Origin: Octopus bimaculoides
Taxonomy: Eukaryota
Assembly: GCF_001194135.2 (NCBI RefSeq)
Contig: NC_068981.1
Coordinates: 119,473,770 to 119,524,889 of the forward strand
DNA: 51,120 nucleotides
Direction of reading: 5' to 3'
Below are positions 12,807 through 26,286 of the stretch, in pieces (the stretch's first letter is position 1; each line of letters begins with the position of its first letter). The notes below the pieces were generated by a model. It did no database searches. It was not told the DNA's origin and saw nothing but the letters and a program-made list of their open reading frames with translations. The position numbers and the translations under genes are program-made.

Positions 12807-14895
12807 TATTCCAGTGTTCTGTTCCTCACTAGCCCAGTATAGAATTGAATGTTTTGTTTGTTAATTTTGCACCCATCCCCACTCAGAGTATGAGTGCAGT
12901 TGGCTCCCGAGGAGCTCATCTGTCTTTGATTTCCTTTATTATTCTGCTGGATGCTTACTTTCACACATTTTCTCCTGAGTTATTTATTTTTGAAATTAGA
13001 AATCTCATCCCCCTCTTATTATAAGATGTTAGTCACCTTGACAGTCTTCTCAGGTTGGTAAAACTATAGCTAATTTTCAACCTAAGCATCTGCAGATAAT
13101 GACTACTGGAAAAATTTGGGTTGGGAATCAACTGAGTTTGATTGTGATGGAATAAACTCCCCTTAAAGGTACCCAAGTACCAGGTGATTATTGTATTAAA
13201 ATGGGTGATATGTTAAGTTTACCCTTCAGACTACAAGCATCTTCTGTGTTATGGAACATAATGTTCCTGAAAATCTTGCCATAACATAAATTCCATAATG
13301 GAAAACCTATTTTTCTGTTGACTCTCATGTTACAAGACCTTTCAGGAATGCAATGCCTTTTAGAATGGTGAGGCAGGGGATATCTGTATATGAAATGCAT
13401 AAGAAATATGTTTCACTATCCTACAGAATTTTTCAGCAGTTGGATGGGAGGAATAAGTTAAGCATAATTTGTTGGATTTGCTGTTATGACTGTATTGAAA
13501 AAAAGAGGGTGGACATGAAATATTAAATGTAGTAGAAATGGCTTCAATGATGTACACACATTGTGTAAATACTTGATGCATACTAGATTGAAAATGGCCT
13601 TGATTTAATGGATGAATATCTGGATATCCAGAGCTGATGTATCTTAAAAAAGAATTAAGACTAAGGAAATCTGATAGAACTGAGATAATTGGGCATCACT
13701 TAAGATAGGGCTGCCAATACGAAAAAATTGTCTATCAAAATCAATACTATTATATTTAGATTCTAGGTATTGAAGGTTTCATATCCAAGTTATGCACAGA
13801 ATAGAATACATAGTCAGTGAATTTCATACTTTCTCCCATTTAGTTTCCATTTAGCAATAATACTTTACTTATGTCATTTTACATCTGTTTTCTATGCTGA
13901 CAAGAGTTGGACAGGATTCAGTGCATACCACCTTATGAGAGGACATCCTATTATCAGCACTAGTGTTTGTGCCATGCAAGAGGACTGTGGAGTCCCTTCT
14001 ATTCTGTGTCCGTTCTTATTTGATGTTACTGCATTCTTGCACATGTAGCTTACTAGGCAGCATGTGGAGTTAGTATCTCTTGTATGTTCCATTTTTCAGT
14101 ATGGTTTCTACAGCTGAATGTTCTTAACTCCCATTACTTGGTGTATTTTATGCATTTGGTGTATTTTTGGCTACTGACCCTATGTAAATTAAACTGTATG
14201 AAAGGACTAAAGATCCTGTACTAGTTATATGAAGTTCCTACTATTTATATGGTTATCTTGTGATGTGGTTTGTGATCTTCAGCTTTTATTCCATCAATGT
14301 AGGCTAACATAGTGGATCTTTGCTTACCAAACTGGGTGTGGTATGGTTGTGATCCATCTCCAATTTGCATAAATGCTGTTTTCGTATATGAGCAAAAATA
14401 GGAAGGGAAACATTGCAAGTGCATCCTTCATGCCTCTATATTTTTAGCAGGGGAAGGGGAAGTATATATCATAGAAGTTTGAAATTGACTGTGGGGAGGA
14501 TCTGGACTGTATTAACAGTCCCTTTTTAGAAGAGACATAAAGGACAGATATATAATTTAATACTTATTTTTAATATGAGAGAAATGCTTTCTTAAATAGG
14601 CAAAAATTTGTGAATTTGAGGTATTGGAAAACTGTATACAATTAACCCTATATTGTCCTGTCCATCTCTCTGCGTCTGTCTGTCTGTCTGTCTCGTTGCG
14701 TCCATCTCCCTGTGCCGGCCCATCCGTCCGCCCATCTTTCTCCCACACTCTGTATGTCTCTCTCTCTCACTCTGTATGTCTCTCTCTCTCACTCTNNNNN
14801 NNNNNNNNNNNNNNNNNNNNNNNNNNNNNNNNNNNNNNNNNNNNNNNNNNNNNNNNNNNNNNNNNNNNNNNNNNNNNNNNNNNNNNNNNNNNNNN

Positions 14896-14938
14896 TGGTT
14901 GGTAAGCAAGCTACTTACCACACAGCCACTCCTACGCC
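14896..14938 (-). mobile_element. SINE family A, 5' head (remainder lost in the N-gap)
   Basis: Reverse complement ggcgtaggagtggctgtgtggtaagtagcttgcttaccaacca is nearly identical to the head of the copy at 15667. Confidence 0.85.
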
Positions 14939-15458
14939 TACTGTTCAAGAGTCTTGCTGTTCATATCTTATTTTCTGCATAGTATTGTATCCTTGGCCAA
15001 TGTACATATCTTTCAAGTGTTTAAGTACATCTACCAGTAAATAAGTACGACAGGTTAGGAACAAACCACTGCTGTAAGCAACAGTGGCATTTTGTAATTA
15101 CTTAATGTTGTTGTTTAGCCCCAGATCAGCCTTCATTGATGAGACTTAAGTCTGAAAGCATTCCAGTATGATGTCCCTATTTTTTAAGATGGTAGGGTAT
15201 TTTTGAGGGAGATTTTGAATGTTGTTTCTAGCATGTCTTTCAGCCATATAGAGGCTTACACATAGGCTTGTTAGTGAATATTTTATTTTGTAGGGTTGAA
15301 CTGTTGTTATGGGTGTTGCTTGGTGAGTGATATATTCTTTCAAACTAATTTGCTTCAGTTACACTAAATGAAGATAGAACTTGTTACTCTATGGGTTACC
15401 TGTTCTAATTGCAGCCTAATTTTCTGTTTGTGTATTCTGATTGATGTACAATATTTTT

Positions 15459-15504
15459 GTGTAATCTTGGTTGCAGTGTAATCTTGGTTGCAGTGCAATC
15501 TCTA
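15459..15504. repeat. 17-bp tandem repeat GTGTAATCTTGGTTGCA (2 copies plus a partial) abutting an assembly gap
   Basis: Read directly. The array probably continues into the gap at 15505-15647. Confidence 0.8.
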
Positions 15505-15666
15505 NNNNNNNNNNNNNNNNNNNNNNNNNNNNNNNNNNNNNNNNNNNNNNNNNNNNNNNNNNNNNNNNNNNNNNNNNNNNNNNNNNNNNNNNNNNNNNNN
15601 NNNNNNNNNNNNNNNNNNNNNNNNNNNNNNNNNNNNNNNNNNNNNNNTATATATATATATATATAT

Positions 15667-16039
15667 GTGCAGGAGTGACTGTGTGGTAAGTAGCTTGCTT
15701 ACCAACCACATAGTTGTGTGTTCAGTCCCACTGTGTGGCACCTTGGGCAAGTGTCTTCTACTATAGCTTTGGGCCGATCAAAGCCTTGTGAGTGGATTTG
15801 GTAGACGGAAACTGAAAGAAGCCTGTCGTATATATGTGTTTGTGTGTGTGTTTGTCCCCCCAACATCGCTTGACAACTGATGCTGGTGTGTTTACGTCCC
15901 CATTACTTAGCAGTTTGGCAAAAGAGACAGATAGAATAAGTACTAGGCTTACAAAGAATAAGTCCTGGGGTCGATTTGCTCGACTAAAGGCGGTGCTCCA
16001 GCATGGCCTCAGTCAAATCACTGAAACAAGTAAAGAGTA
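15667..16039 (+). mobile_element. SINE family A, near full-length copy
   Basis: tRNA-like head (A-box-like TGTGTGGTAAG, B-box-like GTTCAGTCC), internal (TG)n and a conserved 3' body. It recurs at 28 (-), 7881, 14896 (-) and 35484. Confidence 0.85.
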
Positions 16040-16559
16040 TATAATTTTTGCTTCAGTGTTTATATTCTAGTTTCCATTTGTTGGTTGTCTTATAGTAACC
16101 AGATTAAAGTGTAACTGGCTCTGAGTAGAAAGTTGCAGTTCATTTATTACAGTAGCTGCTTTTTACCTCTTGTCTCTGCATCTACTTCCTATGGATTGTA
16201 GTAATGATCATGTAGGGAAATTTGATATTTCACAGATTTCATAAATCTAGTAGCAATGTCCTTGGTGAATTTTATTTTATGCTTAAAACTGAAAAGGTTT
16301 GGTGGTTTTACATATCTAGTTAGGGGAGTTTGTTAATTGATTTGATAAGGCAATATGTCTAGTCTATATTTGTTGTAATGTACCAACTTAGAACTGGATT
16401 TTAATATTAAATTGTGAAGTTTATTTTGAGCATCTCTTGTTGACATGTAAAATTTTACAAGGTAATGGCATTACACACCTGCGAGTGTCAACATGTAATC
16501 TTTTTTTCATTTGCATTGAAACAATATAACATTTTATAGAGATAATTTTTCTATACTCA

Positions 16560-17521
16560 ACTATGGTAAAGCACATTTTATACCATATTGATGTCTCATG
16601 AGTGTGTGTGTATTTGAGTATGTGTATTTCTGCATTAGGTACGTTATTAAACACACACACACACACACACACATACACCTACATATACATATGTGACAAC
16701 TGCCGTGTGTGATCTCTGAGTGTGTGTGTTTGTTAGATACATTATTAAACACACACATATGCATGTGACGACTGACAGACGAGGTGAAAAGCTATGTATG
16801 TATGTCCGTGTCTGTCTTACTATATGTGGCTGTTGTCACATTTTCTATATTGATGTGTGTGTTTGCACATTGGTTAGATATGTTATTAAACACACACACG
16901 CACACGCACACGCACACGCACACGCCTACCTACCTACCTACACTAAAGCTGGATGCCCCCATTATGTTGCTTTCAAATCTCGACCCACTTCACCTGTGTA
17001 ATGGAACTCACTTAATTGTTACTTCCATGAAGCCCAATGTCCTACAGGTGACAATCATGATAGATAGTCACAAAGGAGAAAATGTTTTTATTCCAAAAAT
17101 TCCTCTCGTACCTATGGATGTTCCATTTGAATTTAAGAGGCTTCAGCTTCCAGTCAAACTAAGTTTTGCTATTTCAATCAACAAATCTCAGGGTCAATTT
17201 CTCAAGGTAGTTGGACCTGATCTCTCTTCTACATGCTTCTCCCATGGCCAACTCTGTTGCTTGCTCACAAGTTGGAAGCAGCAACAATTTATTCATTTGG
17301 ACACCAACAAAAAATTACACAATGAATGTTGTTTACTCTGAGGTGCTTCAAGATTGGCATATTTTCAGTACTAAATTCTACTAGCATTATAATTAGGACT
17401 TTTTAGAAATAAAATATAGATATTTTAAAATAATTGAGAAAAAAAAAAAACATCTTTGTATTTGTTTACTCATCTGAATAAGAACAGCAGTAACCTGGGC
17501 AACACTGGGTCATTCAGCTAG
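16560..17521 (+). mobile_element. Non-autonomous Helitron remnant carrying the PIF1 helicase C-terminus and the 3' end
   Basis: 16945-17340 encodes APIMLLSNLDP...LCNGT...IPKIP...FKRLQLPVKLSFAISINKSQGQ...FSHGQL (PIF1 motifs V-VI region). The 3' end cctgggcaacactggg...cagCTAG|T at 17521 is a decayed hairpin plus CTRR followed by T. The 5' boundary is approximate. Confidence 0.85.
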
Positions 17522-20500
17522 TCTATTATATAGTTTCTTGTCAAGCAGACAGTCAAGAGCATTAAGGATTAGTTTATGAGACCAAAAGAAAGAGATTGTC
17601 AGTGTTACTGCTTTTCAGGTTCAATGATGAACCAATCACAAAATCTTCTATATATACAGTTATTTACAAGTAATATTTGACTACATTGAGTAGCACTGTA
17701 CTTATATTATAAATTAGGTTCCTATTAGTCTTGAATGTCACAATAATGACATATCCTGCTATATGTAGTTTTACAGCAGCATATATTTGTTTCAGAATGT
17801 TTGGAAATCATTGCTTTAGTAGGACATATAGGTTCAGTAGATTAAATTAATTTCTGATTTTAAGTTTCATGCCAAGAAAAAGAAAAATCAATATTTGTTA
17901 GCCATATTTTCTTTTTATGACTAAAATCTATGTTTAATAATACATCTTTGAATTAAATTAAATGGTTGTTATATTTAAATCTTTTACTTTCTAATAATGG
18001 TACTAAACAGTGAATGCATAGATTACTAAGATTATACACTAGGGACTAGAGTATTCCAAGCCATTTTGCTTTCTTGTAATTGTCAGGTTTGTTATTTTAT
18101 GAAGTCAAATTAGTAATTGAAAATAACTTTTGTATGGCTTCCTGATAAAATAAACTATTTTTGTTGCTGATGTTAATGTTACCTTGAATTGTAGCTAGGC
18201 TGATTTGATATTAGAGAATTGAACTAGATAAACCTTGTGATATCTAAAGCTTTGTTCTTTGCTGTTTTAAGTTCAGATCTTTTCTGTGTCAGTTTTGCAC
18301 TTATCTCAAGACTGATAGAATAAATCTTGGCAAAAATTCTTGTTTATTGACTGTTCTGAGGCAAAACAAAGTTCACTTTATCCTCTGCTCTGTGTGGCAT
18401 TGTGACCCTGAGAAAGACATTCTATGCAACTTTTATGTGGTTCTATATATAAGAAATTATTGATATGTTTGTCATTATTACATTTCAACTAGCAATAAAT
18501 AAATATTCAGCAGAAATAATTTGCTATTTTGAATGGTTAATCTGCAAAGAACATGGTGGTTCAATAAATAGTATCTCTGTATTCAACAGAAACCTGCAAG
18601 AGTGAGTATTTGATGGATAGTCATAACTGTTTCAATGACAGGGTCTAAAAATTGTTCACAAATAGAAAAATACATTTCTCTTGTTGTGAACTCTGTCTGT
18701 ACAAGGTAAATATGACAATCTATTGAAGTGGATGCTCTTGCAGGATTTCTTTGAATATAATGATATATGTTGACCAAACATCTTTCATTGTGACTTCAAC
18801 AATAAGAAAAATGAAGCTAAGATGTAATTCATTTTACATTCCAAGAAATATATTGCTCATTAAATTTAGAAGCTGCATTAAGAAATTGACTAGATTAAGA
18901 TGTTTGTTTACATATTTCAGTTGATAATTCATCTAAATCGTCTCAGTGTGAGATTTAGAGGAGTTATCAAAGTGTAGATTGACTAACTCAAAGTATTTTG
19001 AGTCTATATCTTGTCTAGTCTTATGGAGTAATCCTGGTCAGCTCTAATCTAACAAGTGTCTGGTACCAAAGTAGGAAATACAATACTTGGGTCCAATTGA
19101 TGCATTTTATATTTTAGTTATTCTGTTCTGAGACCATGTTGTGCCCTCTTCCATGCAGTTAGAGCATGTTGCATAAAATTTTTATCTTTCAGTGGGCTCT
19201 TAAATGATTGAATGCACTGCTAGCTGCTACAAAGACAAGTAAGATGGTCTCAACTGATGTGCATCAGTCTTGATTCCTTTGTATTCACTTATGTTGCACA
19301 TTTTAGTTATTGACATCATGACTATTGTTCTAATTGATTATGATGCCATTTTTAAAAATTAAGTTTCCAAAGCATTAACCAATATATCTTAAAATGAAAA
19401 TTATATTAAGCTAGTTGATTTATTATACCAAAAATAAATCAAAGAAATTTTTTTCTTTATTTCCTTGAAAATATTTCCTATATTATTTTGGCAAATTTAG
19501 TATACCTACCACAAGAAATAGGGTGTTTTGAAAGCAAATAGCTGTAGGTGGAGATCACTGTTAATCTTTGAACAAAATTTAGATATTGGGATATATTTTA
19601 AAGTTGATATTTTTATTGTAAAGCTTATTCCTCCACAAGATGCCAATCTAAACATATTTTCAACAATTTTGAGGGGATTTTTTTTATGATGACTGGACGT
19701 TTGACAGTTTGCCCTATAAAGTTTTACACTTTGAACATTTACTTGTATATCAAGTGCATTGAGCCAACCTTGTGTATTACAACAAAATATAGTTTTAGCT
19801 GAAAGCCAAAAACCAAACGACTTAATTATTTGATCTTAATTTTAATGTTTGAAATCTCTCTGGTATCAATGAGTATGCTTAGGTATGTTTGTAAATGAAG
19901 CTTATTGTGCTAAAAGTGATAGTTATATTGCTAGTTAAGCTAATCACACAAGTTTGAAATCTTGAAAGAAAATATATATCATCACTATTTAGTGCCTGTT
20001 TTCCATGTTGGCCAGGGTTGGTCATTTCTAATTTGGTTATAGCAATCTTAGATGGGTTGCTCTTACATTTAGTTCTTGGCATAGTTTCTATGGCTGGATT
20101 CTCTTCCTAATATAAACTACACTATATTTTTATTCAATTTAGTCTGAAAGGTGTTTGGCAGAAATAACTAGGTACTGTTTTAGTGTGTGGCTTACTGCAG
20201 TATCTGTAGTATTTGCTGTGAAATGACCTGATCTGGGTTAGGGTTAAGTTTTAGGTTTAGATTGCACATGAGTATAAATGGTCTGGTTGACCTCATACTA
20301 AAGTGGCACCAATAATTCTATCTGTTGTTGGTAGGCAAGGAATTTGTCTTGAGTAGTGTGATAGGGAAATGTGAATACTCTCTTGTATTTTTCTCTTGAA
20401 TTTTGGTGATGCTTGAATAAGACCTGATTAGGATAACTGTGTGGGATTATTAGAACGTTAATGCAGACATAAAATGTCTGTTTATTGCCTGTCAGCAATA

Positions 20501-20656
20501 TTTATTTTATTTAAATGTTTTCTGTCAACTGATTGAAACCTACCTTCAGAAGGAGAACAAATAAATATGGCTTCAGTATTATAATAAATTGGCTTCTATT
20601 CAAAGCCTTTGTTGGCTGTTAACAAAAATAATTGCCATGATAAATTATGCATTGGT

Positions 20657-20658
<2 letters not shown>

Positions 20659-20703
<45 letters not shown>
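20659..20703. repeat. Poly(T) tract, 45 nt
   Basis: Read directly from the sequence. Confidence 0.95.
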
Positions 20704-20706
<3 letters not shown>

Positions 20707-21853
20707 ATATTTTCTACCACATAAACAACTTTGTACATGTTTATATAATGCCTTCTCTTTCCTTTTTTTTTCTTCATCACTGCATAGCTGAGGCATGGAA
20801 ATCTTAAAGGCTCTTCATTTTTAAAACTCTTGTAAGCCATGGTCTCTGCTGTTCAATAAAAGCTGGTTCATAACCCTTATGTTTTAATGATTGCATGTAT
20901 TTTAAAGGTAATATTACAATAAATGTCCAAAGTTAAAATGATTTTTTTTTTGTTTCTGGATTTTAAAATAGGAACCCTTTTTCCTATATTTTCTTAACAC
21001 ATTACATATTTCATAACCTGTGAAAAATCATGATTAACTCCTGTTAAATTGAAACTTGTAGTAGTTCAAACAATTCACTTAATTGTAGTTTCAGGCATGA
21101 ATGTGTGGTTAAGAAATTTACTTTGAGTTTGACATCAATGAGACCTTAGGAAAATGTTTTTTTTTTTTTTTTTTTTCTTGGTTGACCAATGCATTGTAAG
21201 TGAAATTTTGTAGACAATTTTATGAAAATCTGTGTGTGTAAATACATGCACATGTATATGCGTATGTATGTTTATCACCATGTGTCTTTAAACTGACACT
21301 GCTTGGGTGATGGTGACATTCTTTGTATCATGCAGTTTAGCATACAAAGATATGAAATAAAATGGCTTACTCAAAGATCAGTGAGGGTTGGCATCGGGAA
21401 GGGCATTTGGTCATAAACTTCAGTGTCTCTAAAGATAATGACAATATTGCTTTAAGCAATAACCAACTTATAGAGTACCACTGGCAATATTCCTTCATTT
21501 TTATGACTGTGGCCAGTTGTAGAGATGAAGGCATTGGACTGAGAGTTTGTCTTTAAACTAATTTATTGTATTTATGAATGGGACAATAACTTCATTCCTC
21601 CAATTGTCTAGAATAACTATCGGACATATAAACTGAAGCAATGTAGAATAAAGTTGTTTCTGTAGAAGATTTAAGCCAAACATCTTATCATACTTGCCCT
21701 ACTGACCTCGACATCAGTCTAACAGCATCTATAATGATGTACTAACATAGAGTAACTACTAGCTGCTTCATAATATGTCCTGTATTGCCAATAAATAATA
21801 AAGAACTTTGCTGCTACCAAGATAATAATGATCATGGTTATTTTTAATTTCAG

Positions 21854-21928
21854 ATTATACGAGAACAATACTCAGAAGATCCTGCTCTCTACAACAAAGC
21901 CTGCAATGACTTGGAACATATGCGACAG
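21854..21928 (+). CDS. PTPN23: PTPN23 coding exon 2 (IIREQYSEDPALYNKACNDLEHMRQ)
   Basis: tttttaatttcag acceptor, 75 nt, CAG|GTATGT donor. Homologous to human FVLKNYGENPEAYNEELKKLELLRQ. Confidence 0.93.
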
Positions 21929-24271
21929 GTATGTGCTATACAATTTATCAAAGTTCATCCTATTGTCAGTTATTGATTAATCAAGTATTTATATTATTGG
22001 AATTGCTGATTTTTTATTTTTTTTTTTAATTTAAAAAAAAATTTTTTTTTTATACACTGAAGTTTATTTTTTCCAATTTCCAGTTTGTTAAAGTGATTAT
22101 TTTTCTGCCTTCCTTTCTTCCTTCCATCCTGTTAGTTACCATTGATTATATATTACACTGCAGTGTGTGCTAATATTTCACTATTCTTAGAGTATATTGC
22201 TGCTACTACTACTACTACAACATACTGTATCACAAAGCTTGTCACATTGTTCTTCAGGTGTGTGTCTGTGACGCGTATGTATTTTTCCTTTAATGCTGTA
22301 TGCATGTGTAATGTGTGTATCTTTTCCAATGCTTTTTTTTTGAGTGTGCAATGAGTACATTTTCCTCTAATATTCTCTGTGTATGAGCATTTATAAAAAC
22401 AAAATCTCATTTTGTTTGGGAAGGAGGTTGGATGGTAGAAACATCAATGAGTCAGATTAAATACTTTACCCTATTCCATTTTCTTTCTACAACTCGAGTT
22501 CAAATTTTACTACAATTCACAAAGCTTTCCATCTCTTTGGGACCACTAAGTTTGTATTAATAAAGCTGCAATTGTCTACACTTCTTTAACAGAATTTGGA
22601 CAAATTTAGAAACAGTTATCATCATTAATGTCAGACAAACTGCTTTGCAATATTAATTCCAACTCTTTATTCCGAGTTCAAATCCCATTGTGGATACTTT
22701 TTCTTCTAATGTTTTAATAAAGTTGAAATCAAAGTACTGCAATTGTTTTAATTGACTAACTCCTCCAAATTTCTGGCCTTCTGCATATGCTAGAGATTAT
22801 TATGGCAGTTAGTGCAGAGCACCAAACAAAATGCTTTATGGTATTTTCTCATTTTCTTTCTTCAAATTCTGCAGAAGTTGACTTTGTCTACCTTTCATAG
22901 TGGTTTCCAATAAAATAGTTACTTAGGGTTGATTTCATTGATTATACTTGCTCCTATAAATTTGCATCCTTGTATCGATGTTATAAATCAGTATGTATTG
23001 TGTAGAAATTCTGAAAGTAAGCTTGTGAACTGATTTTAAGTGTATCGAAGTCAATTCACTTCATTTATACAACATCTTAACAAGCACTGAATCAACAATA
23101 GAAGGGAGCCAGGGAAAGTTTATTGTATTATGTAGTTTCATTCCTCTACAGTCTAAAATTTAATTCTGCTTTAGTTTGCTTATCCATTCAAAGGCTACCA
23201 TATTTCTTTAGCATTGAGGATGCTATTTTCTTTTCCAAGAATAAATCTCAAAAATTTACTGTGCATTCTAGAGGTTGTTACATTTTTCACTGCCGATTTT
23301 AATCCCAGAGGAGGGTTATCTAGACTAAACTTACTGTGTCTCTGTAATTTAAAAATAAAAAAAATGCTCACTATAAGTGATCAACAGAATCTTTGTCACT
23401 AAGCCATTAAAACATCTTGGTTAAGTATGTGAAACTAGATTTTGATTTCTTTTTTTCCTCTCAAATTTTGAAGTCAAAATTGGGCTGTCTTCAAGGTTGG
23501 CATGTACTTCACTTTGGTAAACTTTGTAAATAGCAATAATAGTTAGGCATTTGGTTCTATGTAATGAATGACCTTTTGTTAAATACAAAAAAGAAAAAAA
23601 AAAAGTTATCAGCAATTTAGATGTAGTGTTGTAAGTATTGTAGCATACAAGGAATCTCTTAGAAAACTAAGCCTGCAGTCAAATCTTGAACCTCTGGGAC
23701 AACTATTAAGTCAAAGTTTCTTTTGAATTAAGGCTTTTGTATTTAACCCCAAGATTTATTACAGAGCATATAGTCAATGAAATTGGTATAAGCAGTAGGA
23801 AGATGGACCATTTAGATTTATGACTAAAGGAAATTATCCACAGACACTATCTGCACAAAAAATAACAACATTAATGCTATCATTCTGAATGCAGTGAGAT
23901 GGGGGGAATCTAATTAATTAAAAATACTTATAACTGTGAGAAGAAAATATAAGCTTGGAGATTAATATTGTTTTAATCTGATTCGGCTAGTACATTGACA
24001 TATCTGGACATGCCTTGGTCATATTAGTCATTCTCAGGACAGCATAGCCTAGTCTGTAATGCCAGATGAGAGATGAGAGAGTAACTACATTGATGTGCAA
24101 TAATGTACACATGTGGGCATAAAAACTTAGTGGTGGAAGGAATCTACTAAGTACACCATTCACATGATTATGATGACACTAATTTAACCTTTGGATTTGT
24201 GGTGTCTAGTTGGGAACTAGTCTGTATGCAGTGTTTGAAAACTTACTAGCTGTCAACCTTGTTTTTTATTA

Positions 24272-24325
24272 CCCTACCCATGCTAGCATGGAAAGCGGAC
24301 GTTAAACGATGATGATGATGATGAT
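24272..24325 (+). mobile_element. 3' tail of an RTE-type LINE or partner SINE ending in (GAT)n
   Basis: cccatgctagcatggaaagcggacgttaaac(gat)n. A related tail occurs at 31630-31678. Confidence 0.65.
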
Positions 24326-25911
24326 TAATCAAATAAAACCTGTGAAGTACATGGGATGGAAGGTAATAGTTGCAAACTGAAGCTGGACAATCACTCGTTG
24401 TGCATTAGTAGAATAACCTAGACTGCTTGTGCTAAGTAATCGACACACTGTGTGGAGATACAGTAAGACAGTTAAAATAGTTTTTAATTTGAGAAGAAGG
24501 AATAGTAATGACTTAAATTTTTATGGAGTTGGTCAACATAAGATATGTGGGGGCTATTTAATAACCTCATATGATTTCAATTTACGTGTTAGCAGTTGAT
24601 TCATTGATTAGTCTCTTGTAAGTTTTAAATACAATCAAAATAAGTTCACTGCTTTGTTTGAGGGACTATGCATAGCCAGTGATGAGATTTTAACTGAAGA
24701 TATTTCTGCTGAGAAGCAATATCTTATCAACACAGTCACTTGTTAGTCGTTAAAAACAAATGTAAAAAAACAAAATGAAAAAAGTTGAGGTGAAATTCTT
24801 TAATCCAAACAAATACAAACAAAGGAATAATATAGAATCCATGATGGTTGTTTTGCTAAAAAATATTGTTTTACATCCATTTTTTTCCCCCAAGCTCACT
24901 TCTGTGGATGCTTTTGTTGTTAACTGAAGGAATTGTTTTCACGGAGAAGAATTTGTCTTTGTCAGTCAGGCAAACTGGAGCAAAGTTTTGTACTATGTTC
25001 TGGAGCACAGTACAAAACTAGCAAGATTCGAACTCTTGAACATGTCGGCAGTAGTCTGTCCATGGGGCTCTTATAATGGTACAATNNNNNNNNNNNNNNN
25101 NNNNNNNNNNNNNNNNNNNNNNNNNNNNNNNNNNNNNNNNNNNNNNNNNNNNNNNNNNNNNNNNNNNNNNNNNNNNNNNNNNNNNNNNNNNNNNNNNNNN
25201 NNNNNNNNNNNNNNNNNNNNNNNNNNNNNNNNNNNNNNNNNNNNNNNNNNNNNNNNNNNNNNNNNNNNNNNNNNNNNNNNNNNNNNNNNNNNNNNNNNNN
25301 NNNNNNNNNNNNNNNNNNNNNNNNNNNNNNNNNNNNNNNNNNNNNNNNNNNNNNNNNNNNNNNNNNNNNNNNNNNNNNNNNNNNNNNNNNNNNNNNNNNN
25401 NNNNNNNNNNNNNNNNNNNNNNNNNNNNNNNNNNNNNNNNNNNNNNNNNNNNNNNNNNNNNNNNNNNNNNNNNNNNNNNNNNNNNNNNNNNNNNNNNNNN
25501 NNNNNNNNNNNNNNNNNNNNNNNNNNNNNNNNNNNNNNNNNNNNNNNNNNNNNNNNNNNNNNNNNNNNNNNNNNNNNNNNNNNNNNNNNNNNNNNNNNNN
25601 NNNNNNNNNNNNNNNNNNNNNNNNNNNNNNNNNTAACTCTTATCTTAATCTGGAAAAAAAAACAAAGTTACAAAACATTTGAAATTAAGCATTTAAATTT
25701 TTTTTTTTTTTTTCCATTTATGTAGCCACCAATTTATAAAGAAACAAAAACTTGGAGTGCTGCAATTTTATGTAGTTGAGAACATGGTAGAATGTAAATA
25801 TATGCTTATTCCTGTGACTAGTGTTATAAGTTTAAATTTTTTTTTTCTTATGTACATGAAAATTAGGATCCTGACTGCACAAATTTTAATGTTAAGTTTC
25901 TTGAATTTCAG

Positions 25912-26039
25912 GTTGCTGTTAGTGTTCCTCGGGATTTCACTGGCTGCAGTACACTAAAAAGATATTATGCACAGCTTCAGTTTTTACAGAGCCGTTTTAA
26001 GCTTGGCCAAGATGATGAGGATGCTATATCTTTCACCTG
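25912..26039 (+). CDS. PTPN23: PTPN23 coding exon 3 (VAVSVPRDFTGCSTLKRYYAQLQFLQSRFKLGQDDEDAISFTW)
   Basis: tttcag acceptor, 128 nt, TG|GTAAAT donor (phase 2). Contains the BRO1 motifs PRDFxGC and LQSRF...FTW. Confidence 0.95.
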
Positions 26040-26286
26040 GTAAATCTTAACATGTCTAAGTTTGCTTTAAAATTTGTTCTACTCCCAATTTATTATTAAC
26101 ATTATTATTTCTTTTCATCATTAAATTCAAAAAGGCAGAAATGATAGCACAGGACTAAAATCCTTCAACTATTTAAATACCTCTGTCCTTACTCTTTTGC
26201 TGAACTGCTAAGTTATGGTGACATAAACACATCACCATTGGTTGTCAAGTGATGGGGTGGGGGTGGGGGGCAAACACATATATAAA

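Noticed and set aside
10608-15504. Short direct-repeat arrays resembling CRISPR
   Set aside because: The units are contiguous with no unique spacers, the context is eukaryotic, and there are no cas genes. They are ordinary minisatellites.
18590-18601. Possible frame-preserving 12-nt microexon (cag|AAACCTGCAAGA|gtgagt, KPAR) in intron 1
   Set aside because: The pyrimidine tract is weak, and several such matches are expected by chance in 21 kb. It would insert into a conserved BRO1 segment. Only RNA-seq junction reads could rescue it.
25086-25633. Largest N-gap possibly hiding a PTPN23 exon (other gaps at 4732-4741, 10785-10800, 14796-14895, 15505-15647, 38979-39110, 49217-49226)
   Set aside because: Exons 2 and 3 already join in frame with no missing homologous residues, and the same holds for exons 7 and 8 across the 38979 gap.
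26252-26272. G-quadruplex candidate
   Set aside because: Only three G-runs are present, within or next to SINE-derived sequence.
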